Shown here: positions 27,645 through 36,375 of the stretch, piece by piece | Layout of the letters: the number at the start of each line of letters is the position of its first letter | Numbering within the stretch: position 1 is the first letter of the stretch | DNA from: Candidatus Dormiibacterota bacterium | GTDB taxonomy: Bacteria; Chloroflexota; Dormibacteria; Aeolococcales; Aeolococcaceae | Length of the DNA stretch: 57,838 nucleotides | Direction: 5' to 3' | Assembly: GCA_036786805.1 (NCBI GenBank) | Contig: DAIQQM010000001.1 | Location: 1 to 57,838 of the forward strand | The notes under the pieces: model-generated | Told to the model about the DNA's origin: nothing | The model's input: only the letters and a program-made list of their open reading frames with translations | Databases searched by the model: none | Made by a program: the position numbers and the translations under genes

Positions 27645-29537
27645 ATGGCGATTACCGGCAGCGCCGAGACGGGAACACTCCCCGCTCTCGACTTCGTGGG
27701 TGAGGTCGCTCAGCAGATTCGCGTCGACGGTATCCGCGCCAGCACCAGGGCTGGATCCGGCCACCCGACCTCGAGCATGTCCGCCGCGGACCTGATCGCG
27801 GTCCTCGCCGCGCGCCACCTGCGCTACGACTTCGCCCACCCGGCGCTCGCCAACAACGACCACCTCATCTTCTCCAAGGGCCACGCCTCGCCGCTGCTCT
27901 ATGGGCTGTACAAGGCGGTCGGCGCCATCAGCGATCAGGAGCTGATGACCTACCGGACCTTCGGATCGAGGCTCCAGGGCCATCCCACGCCGATCATCCC
28001 CTGGGTCGACGTCGCCACCGGCTCACTGGGCCAGGGCCTGGGGGTCGCCGTCGGGGTCGCGCTGGCGGGCAGGTACCTCGACCGCCTCCCCTTCCATGTC
28101 TGGGCGCTCTGCGGCGACAGCGAGCTCGCCGAGGGATCCATCTGGGAGGCGCTCGACAAGGCCGGCCACTACGGTCTCTCCAACCTCACCGCGATCTTCG
28201 ATGTGAATCGCCTCGGGCAGCGGGGACCCACCGAATTCCAATGGGACCTCGATATCTACCGGCGTCGCGTCGAGGCATTCGGCTGCCGCGCGATCGTCAT
28301 TGACGGGCATGACCTGGTGGAGATCGATGGGGCCCTCTCATCGGCACGCTCCGACGGGGACCGCCCGAGCGTGATCATCGCCCGGACCATCAAGGGCAAG
28401 GGCTTCAAGGAGATCGAGAACAAGGAGAACTGGCACGGGAAGGCGCTGCCGCCCGAGATGGCCGAGCGGGCGATCGCGGAGATGGGCGGTGAGCGTGATC
28501 TGAAGATCGACGTCCGGCCACCCGAGGCGCTCGAGTCCGCTTCGTCCAAGGCGGTGGACGGCCCGGTGACCCTCCCGACCTACGCGCTCGGCGACAAGGT
28601 CGCGACCCGCAAGGCGTACGGCGACACCCTGCGCGCGCTCGGCGTGCGCCACGACGTGGTCGCGCTCGACGGCGAGGTGAGCAACTCAACGCACAGCGAG
28701 GAGTTCAAGAACGCATATCCCGATCGGTTCTTCGAGATGTTCATCGCGGAACAGCAGATGATCGCGAGCGCGGTCGGCATGTCCGTGCGTGGCTATGTCC
28801 CGTTCGCCTCGACGTTCGCTGCCTTCCTCTCCCGTGCATACGACTTCATCCGCATGGCGGGGGTCTCCCAGGTGAGCGTCCGACTGTCCGGATCGCACGC
28901 GGGGTGCGAGATCGGTGCGGACGGTCCCTCCCAGATGGCCCTCGAGGACATCGCCTCGCTGCGAGCGGTGCACACCTCCACGGTGCTGTACCCGAGCGAT
29001 GCGGTGTCGGCGGCAAAGCTCGTTGCGCAGATGGCCGACCTCGAGGGCATCAGCTACATCCGCACGACCCGCGGCGCGTACCCGGTCATCTACGCGAACG
29101 ACGAGGACTTCCCGATCGGCGGCGCCAAGGTGGTCCGTCACTCGACCGGTGACGTGGTCACGCTCATCGGCGCCGGGGTGACGTTGCACGCGTGCCTCAC
29201 CGCGGCCGACCGACTGTCCGAGTCCGGCATCGCATGCCGCGTCATCGACCTGTACTCGGTCAAGCCCGTCGACACCCAGACGCTGCGCGAGGCCAGCGAC
29301 GCGACCGCAGGACGGCTGGTCGTCGTCGAGGACCACTACCCGGAGGGTGGCCTCGGCTCAGCGGTCATGGAGGCGCTTGCGCTCGATGAGAACCCGCCGC
29401 GCGTGACCCACCTCGCGGTGCGCGGCCTTCCCGGTTCCGCAAGCCCCGACGAGTTGATGGCGGCCGCCGGGATCGACGCCGATGCGATCGTCGCCGCCGT
29501 GAACACGCTGGTTCGTGGCGCTGGGGAGGCCGGCTGA
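27645..29537 (+). CDS. tkt: Transketolase (short, about 630 aa type)
   Basis: GSGHPTSSMSAADL, GSLGQGLGVAVG and CGDSELAEGSIWEA TPP-binding motifs. ATG 27645 lies 8 nt after GGAGG; the track starts at GTG 27636. Confidence 0.93.
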   Translation: MAITGSAETGTLPALDFVGEVAQQIRVDGIRASTRAGSGHPTSSMSAADLIAVLAARHLRYDFAHPALANNDHLIFSKGHASPLLYGLYKAVGAISDQELMTYRTFGSRLQGHPTPIIPWVDVATGSLGQGLGVAVGVALAGRYLDRLPFHVWALCGDSELAEGSIWEALDKAGHYGLSNLTAIFDVNRLGQRGPTEFQWDLDIYRRRVEAFGCRAIVIDGHDLVEIDGALSSARSDGDRPSVIIARTIKGKGFKEIENKENWHGKALPPEMAERAIAEMGGERDLKIDVRPPEALESASSKAVDGPVTLPTYALGDKVATRKAYGDTLRALGVRHDVVALDGEVSNSTHSEEFKNAYPDRFFEMFIAEQQMIASAVGMSVRGYVPFASTFAAFLSRAYDFIRMAGVSQVSVRLSGSHAGCEIGADGPSQMALEDIASLRAVHTSTVLYPSDAVSAAKLVAQMADLEGISYIRTTRGAYPVIYANDEDFPIGGAKVVRHSTGDVVTLIGAGVTLHACLTAADRLSESGIACRVIDLYSVKPVDTQTLREASDATAGRLVVVEDHYPEGGLGSAVMEALALDENPPRVTHLAVRGLPGSASPDELMAAAGIDADAIVAAVNTLVRGAGEAG

Positions 29538-32351
29538 ATGACGACCCCATTGCAGCAGCTCAGCGAGCACGGACAGTCGGTATGGCTCGACTTCATCAGC
29601 CGCGAGCTGGTCACCACCGGTCAGCTCGAACACCGCGTCGCACAGGAGAACGTGACCGGCTTGACCAGCAACCCCACGATCTTCCAGAAGGCGATCGCGG
29701 AGGGCTCGCTCTACGACGATCAGATCCGCGAGTTGCTCGCATCCGGGATCGACGATCCCACGGACGTGTTCACCGAGCTCGCCATCAGCGACATCCAGCA
29801 TGCCGCGGACATCCTGCGGCCCGTGCACGAGCGCACCTCGGGAGCCGACGGCTTCGTGAGCCTAGAGGTGCCGCCGTCCTTGTCGCACGACACCGACGGC
29901 ACCATCGCGATGGCGAGAACATTCTGGGAGCGCGTGGACCGGCCGAACCTCATGATCAAGATCCCGGCCACGCTCGAGGGGATGCCGGCCATCCAACGGA
30001 CCGTCGCGGACGGGCGAAACGTGAATGTCACGCTCATCTTCGCGATCGCGATGCACGAGCGCGTCATCGAGCAATACCTCACCGCGCTGGAGGCGCGACG
30101 TCGGGAGGGCCAGCCGCTCGAGGTGCACTCGGTTGCGTCGTTCTTCGTCAGCCGCGTCGACACGCTCGTCGACAAGCTGCTCGAGCAGAAGCTCACCGCC
30201 GATCCGGGCAACGCGCTCCTCGAAGGGCTGCTCGGCAAAGCCGCGATCGCCAACGCGGTGCTCGCCTACGAGCTGTTCGAGCAGCGATTCGGCGACGAGC
30301 GTTTTGCGGCGCTGCGCGCCGCGGGCGCCAACGTGCAGCGCCCGTTGTGGGCGAGCACCAGCGCCAAGAATCCCAACTACCGCGACGTCGTCTATGCCGA
30401 GGCGCTGATCGGCCCGGACACCGTTGACACGATGCCCCCGGCGACCATCGAGGCTTTCCTGGACCACGGCGTTGTGGCCGGAGACACGGTCAGAGCCGAC
30501 TATCCGGGCGCTCATCGGGTGATGGATCACCTTGCCGAGGCCGGCATCGACATGGACGTGGTGACCCAGCAGTTGCTCGACGACGGCGTCAAGCAGTTCG
30601 CCGATTCGTACAACCAGTTGATCCGTGGCATCGCCGAGAAGATCGACGCCATGGGATCGGGCTACACCAAGCGCCAGCACGTCGACACCGGCGCGCCGGC
30701 CGTCCCACTCGACACGCCGGCGGCGAGCGACATCGCCACGCGCATCTGGCACCGCGATCCCAACCTGTGGAAGCCCGGTGACAGCGCGCACGCCGCCGTG
30801 ATCAACAATCGTCTCGGCTGGCTGGACGTCATCGGCAGCATGGGCGAGCGGCTCCCTGCGCTGCAGGCTCTCGCGACCGAGGTGCGGGAGCTCGGATGGC
30901 GCGACTGCGTGCTGCTGGGCATGGGTGGTTCGAGCCTGTGCCCCGAGGTCCTGCGCAGCTCCTTCGGCAGCGCCGAAGGACAGCCGACGCTCCACGTGCT
31001 CGACACCACCGACCCGCTCGCCATCGCGCGGGTGACCGGTGCCATCGACCCGAAGGCGACCGGCTACGTCGTCTCGAGCAAGTCGGGGACAACACTGGAG
31101 ACGCTGTCCCACCTCGCCCACTTCTGGGAGGTGACCGCCGCGGCCACCGACACGCCGGGTGCGCACTTCATCGCCGTGACCGACCCGGGGACCCCGCTTG
31201 CAACCCTCGCGCTCGACCGCGGCTTCCTCCACCTGTTCCAGAACCCGCCGGACATCGGCGGCCGGTACTCGGCGCTGAGCATGTTCGGCCTCGTCCCGGC
31301 GGCGATCATCGGGATCGACTGCGGCCTGCTCCTCGAGCGCGCCGCGAACATGCGAAGGGCTTGCGCCGCGGGTGTTGCGGGTGATCTCAACTGCGGCCTC
31401 AGCCTCGGCACCGTGATGGGCGCGCTCCACGACCAGGGTCGGGACAAGGTGACCATCCTTGCGCCCAAGGCAATCGAGGCCTATTCACTCTGGGCGGAGC
31501 AGCTCATCGCCGAGAGCACCGGAAAAGAGGGTAAGGGCATCATCCCGATCGGTGACGAGCCGATCGGCGATCCGTCCGTGTACGCCGGAGACCGGCTGTT
31601 CGTCGCGCTCCGCATCGGCGACGACGCCGCATTCGACCGCTCGATCGAGGCGCTGAAGAGCGCGGGGCACCCGGTCATCGTGTTCGATCTCGCCGACACA
31701 CACGACCTCGCCGCCGAGTTCTTCCGCTGGGAGTTCGCGACCGCCGTCGCGGGCGCTCACCTCGGCATCGATCCCTTCGACGAGCCGAACGTGCAGGAAT
31801 CGAAGGACAACACCAGGGCGGTGCTCCAGCAGTATCAGCAGTCCGGCGCTCTGCCGGACGAGCCCGCGGCGGTCAGCGACGGCGCGCTCCGAGTCTACGG
31901 CGACGTCACCGGGAGCAGCGCGTCGGGTGCGCTCGCCGCGTACCTTGATACGGCCAACCCTGGCGATTACGTGGCGCTGATGGCATACGTCACTCCCGAC
32001 GAGGCCAACGCCCGCGCGCTGCAGCACCTTCGCGTGGCTATCCGGGACACGCGCCGGCTCGCGACCACCCTCGGGTTCGGCCCGCGCTTCCTGCACAGCA
32101 CCGGTCAGCTCCACAAGGGCGGTCCGAACACGGGCGTGTACATCCAGATCACGGCCGACGACGGGACGGACGTTGCGATTCCCGGTCAGCCCTTCACGTT
32201 CTCGGTCCTCAAGCGGGCGCAGGCCGCCGGAGACCTGCAGTCGCTGCGGTCGCACGGCCGCCGTGTCGTCCGCGTCCACATCGCCGGTGACCTCGATGCG
32301 GGGCTCGCCAGCCTCACCGACGCGGTCAGCGCAACCCCGGCGGCGCGCTGA
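29538..32351 (+). CDS. tal-pgi: Bifunctional transaldolase / glucose-6-phosphate isomerase fusion
   Basis: 937 aa. N-terminus has GLTSNPTIF and MIKIPAT (Schiff-base Lys). C-terminus has PGI motifs SKSGTTLET and DIGGRYSALS. Confidence 0.92.
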   Translation: MTTPLQQLSEHGQSVWLDFISRELVTTGQLEHRVAQENVTGLTSNPTIFQKAIAEGSLYDDQIRELLASGIDDPTDVFTELAISDIQHAADILRPVHERTSGADGFVSLEVPPSLSHDTDGTIAMARTFWERVDRPNLMIKIPATLEGMPAIQRTVADGRNVNVTLIFAIAMHERVIEQYLTALEARRREGQPLEVHSVASFFVSRVDTLVDKLLEQKLTADPGNALLEGLLGKAAIANAVLAYELFEQRFGDERFAALRAAGANVQRPLWASTSAKNPNYRDVVYAEALIGPDTVDTMPPATIEAFLDHGVVAGDTVRADYPGAHRVMDHLAEAGIDMDVVTQQLLDDGVKQFADSYNQLIRGIAEKIDAMGSGYTKRQHVDTGAPAVPLDTPAASDIATRIWHRDPNLWKPGDSAHAAVINNRLGWLDVIGSMGERLPALQALATEVRELGWRDCVLLGMGGSSLCPEVLRSSFGSAEGQPTLHVLDTTDPLAIARVTGAIDPKATGYVVSSKSGTTLETLSHLAHFWEVTAAATDTPGAHFIAVTDPGTPLATLALDRGFLHLFQNPPDIGGRYSALSMFGLVPAAIIGIDCGLLLERAANMRRACAAGVAGDLNCGLSLGTVMGALHDQGRDKVTILAPKAIEAYSLWAEQLIAESTGKEGKGIIPIGDEPIGDPSVYAGDRLFVALRIGDDAAFDRSIEALKSAGHPVIVFDLADTHDLAAEFFRWEFATAVAGAHLGIDPFDEPNVQESKDNTRAVLQQYQQSGALPDEPAAVSDGALRVYGDVTGSSASGALAAYLDTANPGDYVALMAYVTPDEANARALQHLRVAIRDTRRLATTLGFGPRFLHSTGQLHKGGPNTGVYIQITADDGTDVAIPGQPFTFSVLKRAQAAGDLQSLRSHGRRVVRVHIAGDLDAGLASLTDAVSATPAAR

Positions 32352-32382
32352 GCGCAGCCCCACTTCGTAAGGACTCACCACC

Positions 32383-33315
32383 ATGCAGATCGGCTTTGTG
32401 GGACTTGGCAGGATGGGCGCCAACATGGTGCACCGGCTCCGCCGTGACGGCGATCACGCCGTGGTCGCGTATGACCCCAACCCGGAGGCACGAGCAAGCG
32501 TCGAGGCGTTCGGCGCGACCACGACGGCGAGCATCGACGAGCTCATCGCCGCCCTCGACAAGCCGCGCGGCGTCTGGATCATGGTGCCCTCCGGAAAGGT
32601 GACCGACGACACCGTCGCGGCCCTGCAGTCGCTGCTCGAGAAGGGCGACACGATCATCGACGGCGGCAACAGCAACTACCACGACTCGATCGCGCGGGCC
32701 GCGAGCAGCGCAGAGCGCGGGATCAGCTTCATCGACGCCGGCACCAGCGGTGGCATCTGGGGTCTGCAGGTCGGGTATTGCCTCATGGCCGGCGGCGAGA
32801 AGGAAACCATCGACCACTGGCTGCCCATCTTCACCACACTTGCGCCACCGGACGGCTTCCTGCACGTCGGTCCTCCCGGCGCCGGACATTTCGTGAAGAT
32901 GGTGCACAACGGCATCGAGTACGGGATGCTGCAGGCGTACGCGGAGGGCTTCGCCATCATGCAGGCGACGCAGGACTTCGGCGAGCTCGACCTGCACGCC
33001 ATCGCGCACCTCTGGAACCAGGGCAGCGTGGTGCGCTCGTGGCTGCTCGAGCTCGCCGAGCGGGCGTTCGAACGGGATCCGCAGCTCGACCAACTTCGCG
33101 GCTGGGTCGACGACTCCGGGGAGGGCCGTTGGACCCTCGAGGAGGCGATGCAGCTCTCGGTACCGGCTCCCGTGCTGGCCCTGTCGCTGTTCGCGCGGTA
33201 CCAGTCACGCCTGCCGGACGGCTTCGGGAACAAGGTGATCGCCGCACTCCGCAACGAGTTCGGCGGACACCCGGTGAAGGCCGAAGCTCCCGCGGGGACG
33301 CCGGCATCACACTGA
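32383..33315 (+). CDS. gnd: 6-phosphogluconate dehydrogenase, short decarboxylating type
   Basis: IGFVGLGRMGANMVHRL Rossmann motif; GAGHFVKMVHNGIEYG. Confidence 0.9.
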   Translation: MQIGFVGLGRMGANMVHRLRRDGDHAVVAYDPNPEARASVEAFGATTTASIDELIAALDKPRGVWIMVPSGKVTDDTVAALQSLLEKGDTIIDGGNSNYHDSIARAASSAERGISFIDAGTSGGIWGLQVGYCLMAGGEKETIDHWLPIFTTLAPPDGFLHVGPPGAGHFVKMVHNGIEYGMLQAYAEGFAIMQATQDFGELDLHAIAHLWNQGSVVRSWLLELAERAFERDPQLDQLRGWVDDSGEGRWTLEEAMQLSVPAPVLALSLFARYQSRLPDGFGNKVIAALRNEFGGHPVKAEAPAGTPASH

Positions 33316-33329
33316 CAGCGGCGCATCCG

Positions 33330-34871
33330 GTGCATGAACGGCGCCGGGAGCCGCGGACACCGGTTCCCTTCTGTGTCGTCATCTTCGGCGCCAGCGGCGA
33401 CCTGACCAAACGCAAGCTCGTTCCCGCCCTTTACGCGCTGGCGTCGGAGGGCAGCCTCCCCGATGGATTCACCGTCATCGGCGCGGGGCGCAGCGAGATG
33501 AGCGACGACGAATTCCGCGCCGACATGCGCGAAGGCGTCGAGCGCTACGGGCGCGTGCACCTGCGCACCGATGTGTGGGCGTCGTTCGCGGAGGGGTTGC
33601 GCTACGTGGCCTACGACATGAACGCGCCGGACGGATTCGAGCGCCTCACCGCCGCGCTGGCTGCCGCCGATCGCGAGCGCGGGACCGCCGGCAATCGGCT
33701 GCTCTACTTCAGCACCCCGCCGAATGCGGTCATGCCGCTTGCGGACCGACTCAACGCCGCGGGGCTGACCACGCAGGCACCCGGAACCTTCGTGCGCGTC
33801 ATCATCGAGAAGCCCTTCGGGCGGGACCTGGCCACGGCGCGAGAGCTCAACGAAGGGCTGCACTCGGCATTCGTCGAGGAGCAGATCTATCGCATCGACC
33901 ACTACCTCGGCAAGGAGACCGTCCAGAACCTGCTGGTCTTCCGCTTCGCCAACGGGATCTTCGAGCCGCTCTGGAACCGGCAGTACATCGACCATGTGCA
34001 GATCACCGTGGCGGAGGAGATCGGCGTCGAGGGGCGCGGTTCGTACTACGAGGAGGCCGGTGCGCTGCGCGACATCGTCCAGAACCACATCATGCAACTG
34101 GTCGCGATCATGGGCATGGAGGCGCCCTCCAACTTTCAGGCCGAGATGGTTCGGGACGAGAAGGTCAAGCTGCTTCGCGCAGTGCGCCCGATCCACCCCG
34201 ACGACGCGCTGTCGCACTCGGTGCGCGGGCAGTACTCGGCGGGCTCCATCGACGGCGTCCCGGTTCCCGGGTATCGCGAGGAGAAGGGCGTCGCGCCCGA
34301 CTCGCTGCGCGAGACGTTCGTCGCACTCAAGCTCGACATCGACAACTGGCGCTGGGCGGGAACGCCGTTCTATCTGCGAACCGGCAAGCGGCTGCCCAAA
34401 CGCTCGACGGAGATCGTGATCCAGTTCCGCCGCGTGCCGCACTCACCGTTTGCCGGCAGCGTCCCGCTCGCATCCGGTGCGGTGCCGGAGGACGGCATCG
34501 ATCCGAACCTCCTCATCCTGCGCATACAACCCGACGAGGGCATCACGCTTCGTTTCGGCGCGAAGATCCCCGGACAGGCGCTCCGCATCGAGTCGGTGAA
34601 CATGGACTTCATGTACGGCACCGCGTTCCGCGAGCAATCGCCCGACGCCTACGAGCGCCTCCTCCTCGACTGCATGCTCGGGGACCCAACCCTGTTCGCC
34701 CGCGAGGACGAGGTCGAGGAGGCGTGGCGCTTCTGCACGGCGATTCTCGACGGGTGGCGCGCGCATCCACCCGACCGGACCAACTGCCCGAACTACGAGG
34801 CGGGCACGTGGGGACCGGAGGAGGCGCACGCGTTCATGGCACGCGACGGGCGCGCCTGGCATCGCCCCTGA
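33330..34871 (+). CDS. zwf: Glucose-6-phosphate 1-dehydrogenase
   Basis: IFGASGDLTKRKL, EKPFG and RIDHYLGKE. GTG 33330 chosen, because the upstream part of track ORF 32778-34871 overlaps gnd. Confidence 0.93.
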   Translation: MHERRREPRTPVPFCVVIFGASGDLTKRKLVPALYALASEGSLPDGFTVIGAGRSEMSDDEFRADMREGVERYGRVHLRTDVWASFAEGLRYVAYDMNAPDGFERLTAALAAADRERGTAGNRLLYFSTPPNAVMPLADRLNAAGLTTQAPGTFVRVIIEKPFGRDLATARELNEGLHSAFVEEQIYRIDHYLGKETVQNLLVFRFANGIFEPLWNRQYIDHVQITVAEEIGVEGRGSYYEEAGALRDIVQNHIMQLVAIMGMEAPSNFQAEMVRDEKVKLLRAVRPIHPDDALSHSVRGQYSAGSIDGVPVPGYREEKGVAPDSLRETFVALKLDIDNWRWAGTPFYLRTGKRLPKRSTEIVIQFRRVPHSPFAGSVPLASGAVPEDGIDPNLLILRIQPDEGITLRFGAKIPGQALRIESVNMDFMYGTAFREQSPDAYERLLLDCMLGDPTLFAREDEVEEAWRFCTAILDGWRAHPPDRTNCPNYEAGTWGPEEAHAFMARDGRAWHRP

Positions 34872-34873
34872 CG

Positions 34874-35620
34874 ATGGAAACCGCCAGCAGCCTCGACGAC
34901 CTCGCCGGCGAGCGTATCGTCAGCGAGACCGCGCAGGACGTCGCCGACGCTGTCGCGTCGTGGATCGCCGCGCACGCGCGGCGCGCATGCGCCGAGCACG
35001 GCCGCTTCTCGATCGCCCTGTCCGGTGGCAGCACGCCACGCCTGCTCAACGAGATGCTCGCCGGCCCTGAGTGGCGGGGCAGGATCGACTGGAGGTTCTG
35101 GAACGTCTACTTCGCCGATGAGCGGGCATGCCCACCGGATGACCCGGCCAGCAACTATCACCTGGCCGCGACCACGCTGCTGCGCCACGTGCCGATTGAT
35201 CCAGGCCGGGTGCATCGCATGCGCGCGGAGCGCGCTGACCTCGAGGCCGCTGCGGTGGAGTATTCGGCGTTGCTCGCGACGTCGCTGCCCTCGGGACGCG
35301 ATCGCGCACCCCGGCTGGACGTGATCCTCCTCGGGCTGGGCGAGAACGGCCATACGGCCTCGCTGTTCCCGGGCACGCCGGCCCTCGAGGTCACCGACCG
35401 GTGGGCCACACGCGGCCTCGCCGACTACGAGCCCTTCGACCGGATGACCCTGACCTTCCCGGCCATCAACGCGGCCGCGGCGGTCGGGTTCCTGGTCACG
35501 GGCGCCACCAAACACGAAGCGCTCGTCGCCACCGCGAGGGGCGAGGTGCCCGCCTCGCACGTCCGTCCGACCGACGGGACGCTCGCCTGGTTCCTGGACG
35601 CGGCTGCAGCGGCCGGGTGA
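34874..35620 (+). CDS. pgl: 6-phosphogluconolactonase
   Basis: IALSGGSTP and LLGLGENGHTASLFPG. ATG 34874 is 2 nt after the zwf stop. Confidence 0.88.
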   Translation: METASSLDDLAGERIVSETAQDVADAVASWIAAHARRACAEHGRFSIALSGGSTPRLLNEMLAGPEWRGRIDWRFWNVYFADERACPPDDPASNYHLAATTLLRHVPIDPGRVHRMRAERADLEAAAVEYSALLATSLPSGRDRAPRLDVILLGLGENGHTASLFPGTPALEVTDRWATRGLADYEPFDRMTLTFPAINAAAAVGFLVTGATKHEALVATARGEVPASHVRPTDGTLAWFLDAAAAAG

Positions 35621-35673
35621 CGGCTCGGACAATTCCGGCAGCCCGCTGACCCTCGTCTGCCAGAATCCGCGGG

Positions 35674-36375
35674 ATGCCGCGATCGACGTGGAAGCCCTGC
35701 CGAGACGCCATCCGGATCGCGCCGAGCCTGCTCGCCGCCGACTTCGGACACATAGCCGAGGCCGCGCACGACCTCGAGGAAAGCGGCGCGGAGCGCATCC
35801 ATGTGGACGTGATGGACGGTGTGTTCGTCCCCAACTTCACCTTCGGCACCGACACCGTGCGCGTGCTCCGGCGCGCGACATCGCTGCCACTCGAGCTGCA
35901 TCTCATGATCGTCAACCCCGACGCGCACCTGAGCACGTTCGCCACCGCCGGCGCCGATGCGATCACCGTGCACTACGAGGTCTGCCCGAACCTGCATCGC
36001 ACGCTGACCGCCATTCGCGCGCTCGACTGCCGCTCGGGAGCCGCGATCAACCCCAGCACACCGGCGCAGATGCTCCAGGACGTGCTCGAGGTGTGCGACC
36101 TCGCGCTGGTCATGACCATCGATCCCGGGTTCGGCGGGCAGTCGCTGATACCGCGCACCTTGCGAAAGGTCGAGCAGGTTCGTCGTGAGGTGGAGCGTCA
36201 GGGTCTCGACACCGAGGTCGAGGTGGACGGTGGTGTCGATGCGAGCAACGCGAAATCCTGTGTCGACGCGGGTGCCGACGTGCTCGTGGCCGGCACCGCG
36301 GTCTTCAAGCACGAGGGCGGACCTCGCGGCGGTATCGCGGCGCTCCAGCGGGCCGTGGCAGGCGCGACCGCATGA
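35674..36375 (+). CDS. rpe: Ribulose-phosphate 3-epimerase
   Basis: IAPSLLAADF, IHVDVMDGVFVPN, VMTIDPGFGGQ, VDGGV. Confidence 0.92.
   Translation: MPRSTWKPCRDAIRIAPSLLAADFGHIAEAAHDLEESGAERIHVDVMDGVFVPNFTFGTDTVRVLRRATSLPLELHLMIVNPDAHLSTFATAGADAITVHYEVCPNLHRTLTAIRALDCRSGAAINPSTPAQMLQDVLEVCDLALVMTIDPGFGGQSLIPRTLRKVEQVRREVERQGLDTEVEVDGGVDASNAKSCVDAGADVLVAGTAVFKHEGGPRGGIAALQRAVAGATA

Noticed and set aside
29862-34442. Long - strand ORFs 29862-31430 (522 aa) and 32676-34442 (588 aa).
   Set aside because: They are antisense to tal-pgi and to gnd/zwf, all of which have canonical motifs. These are shadow ORFs.
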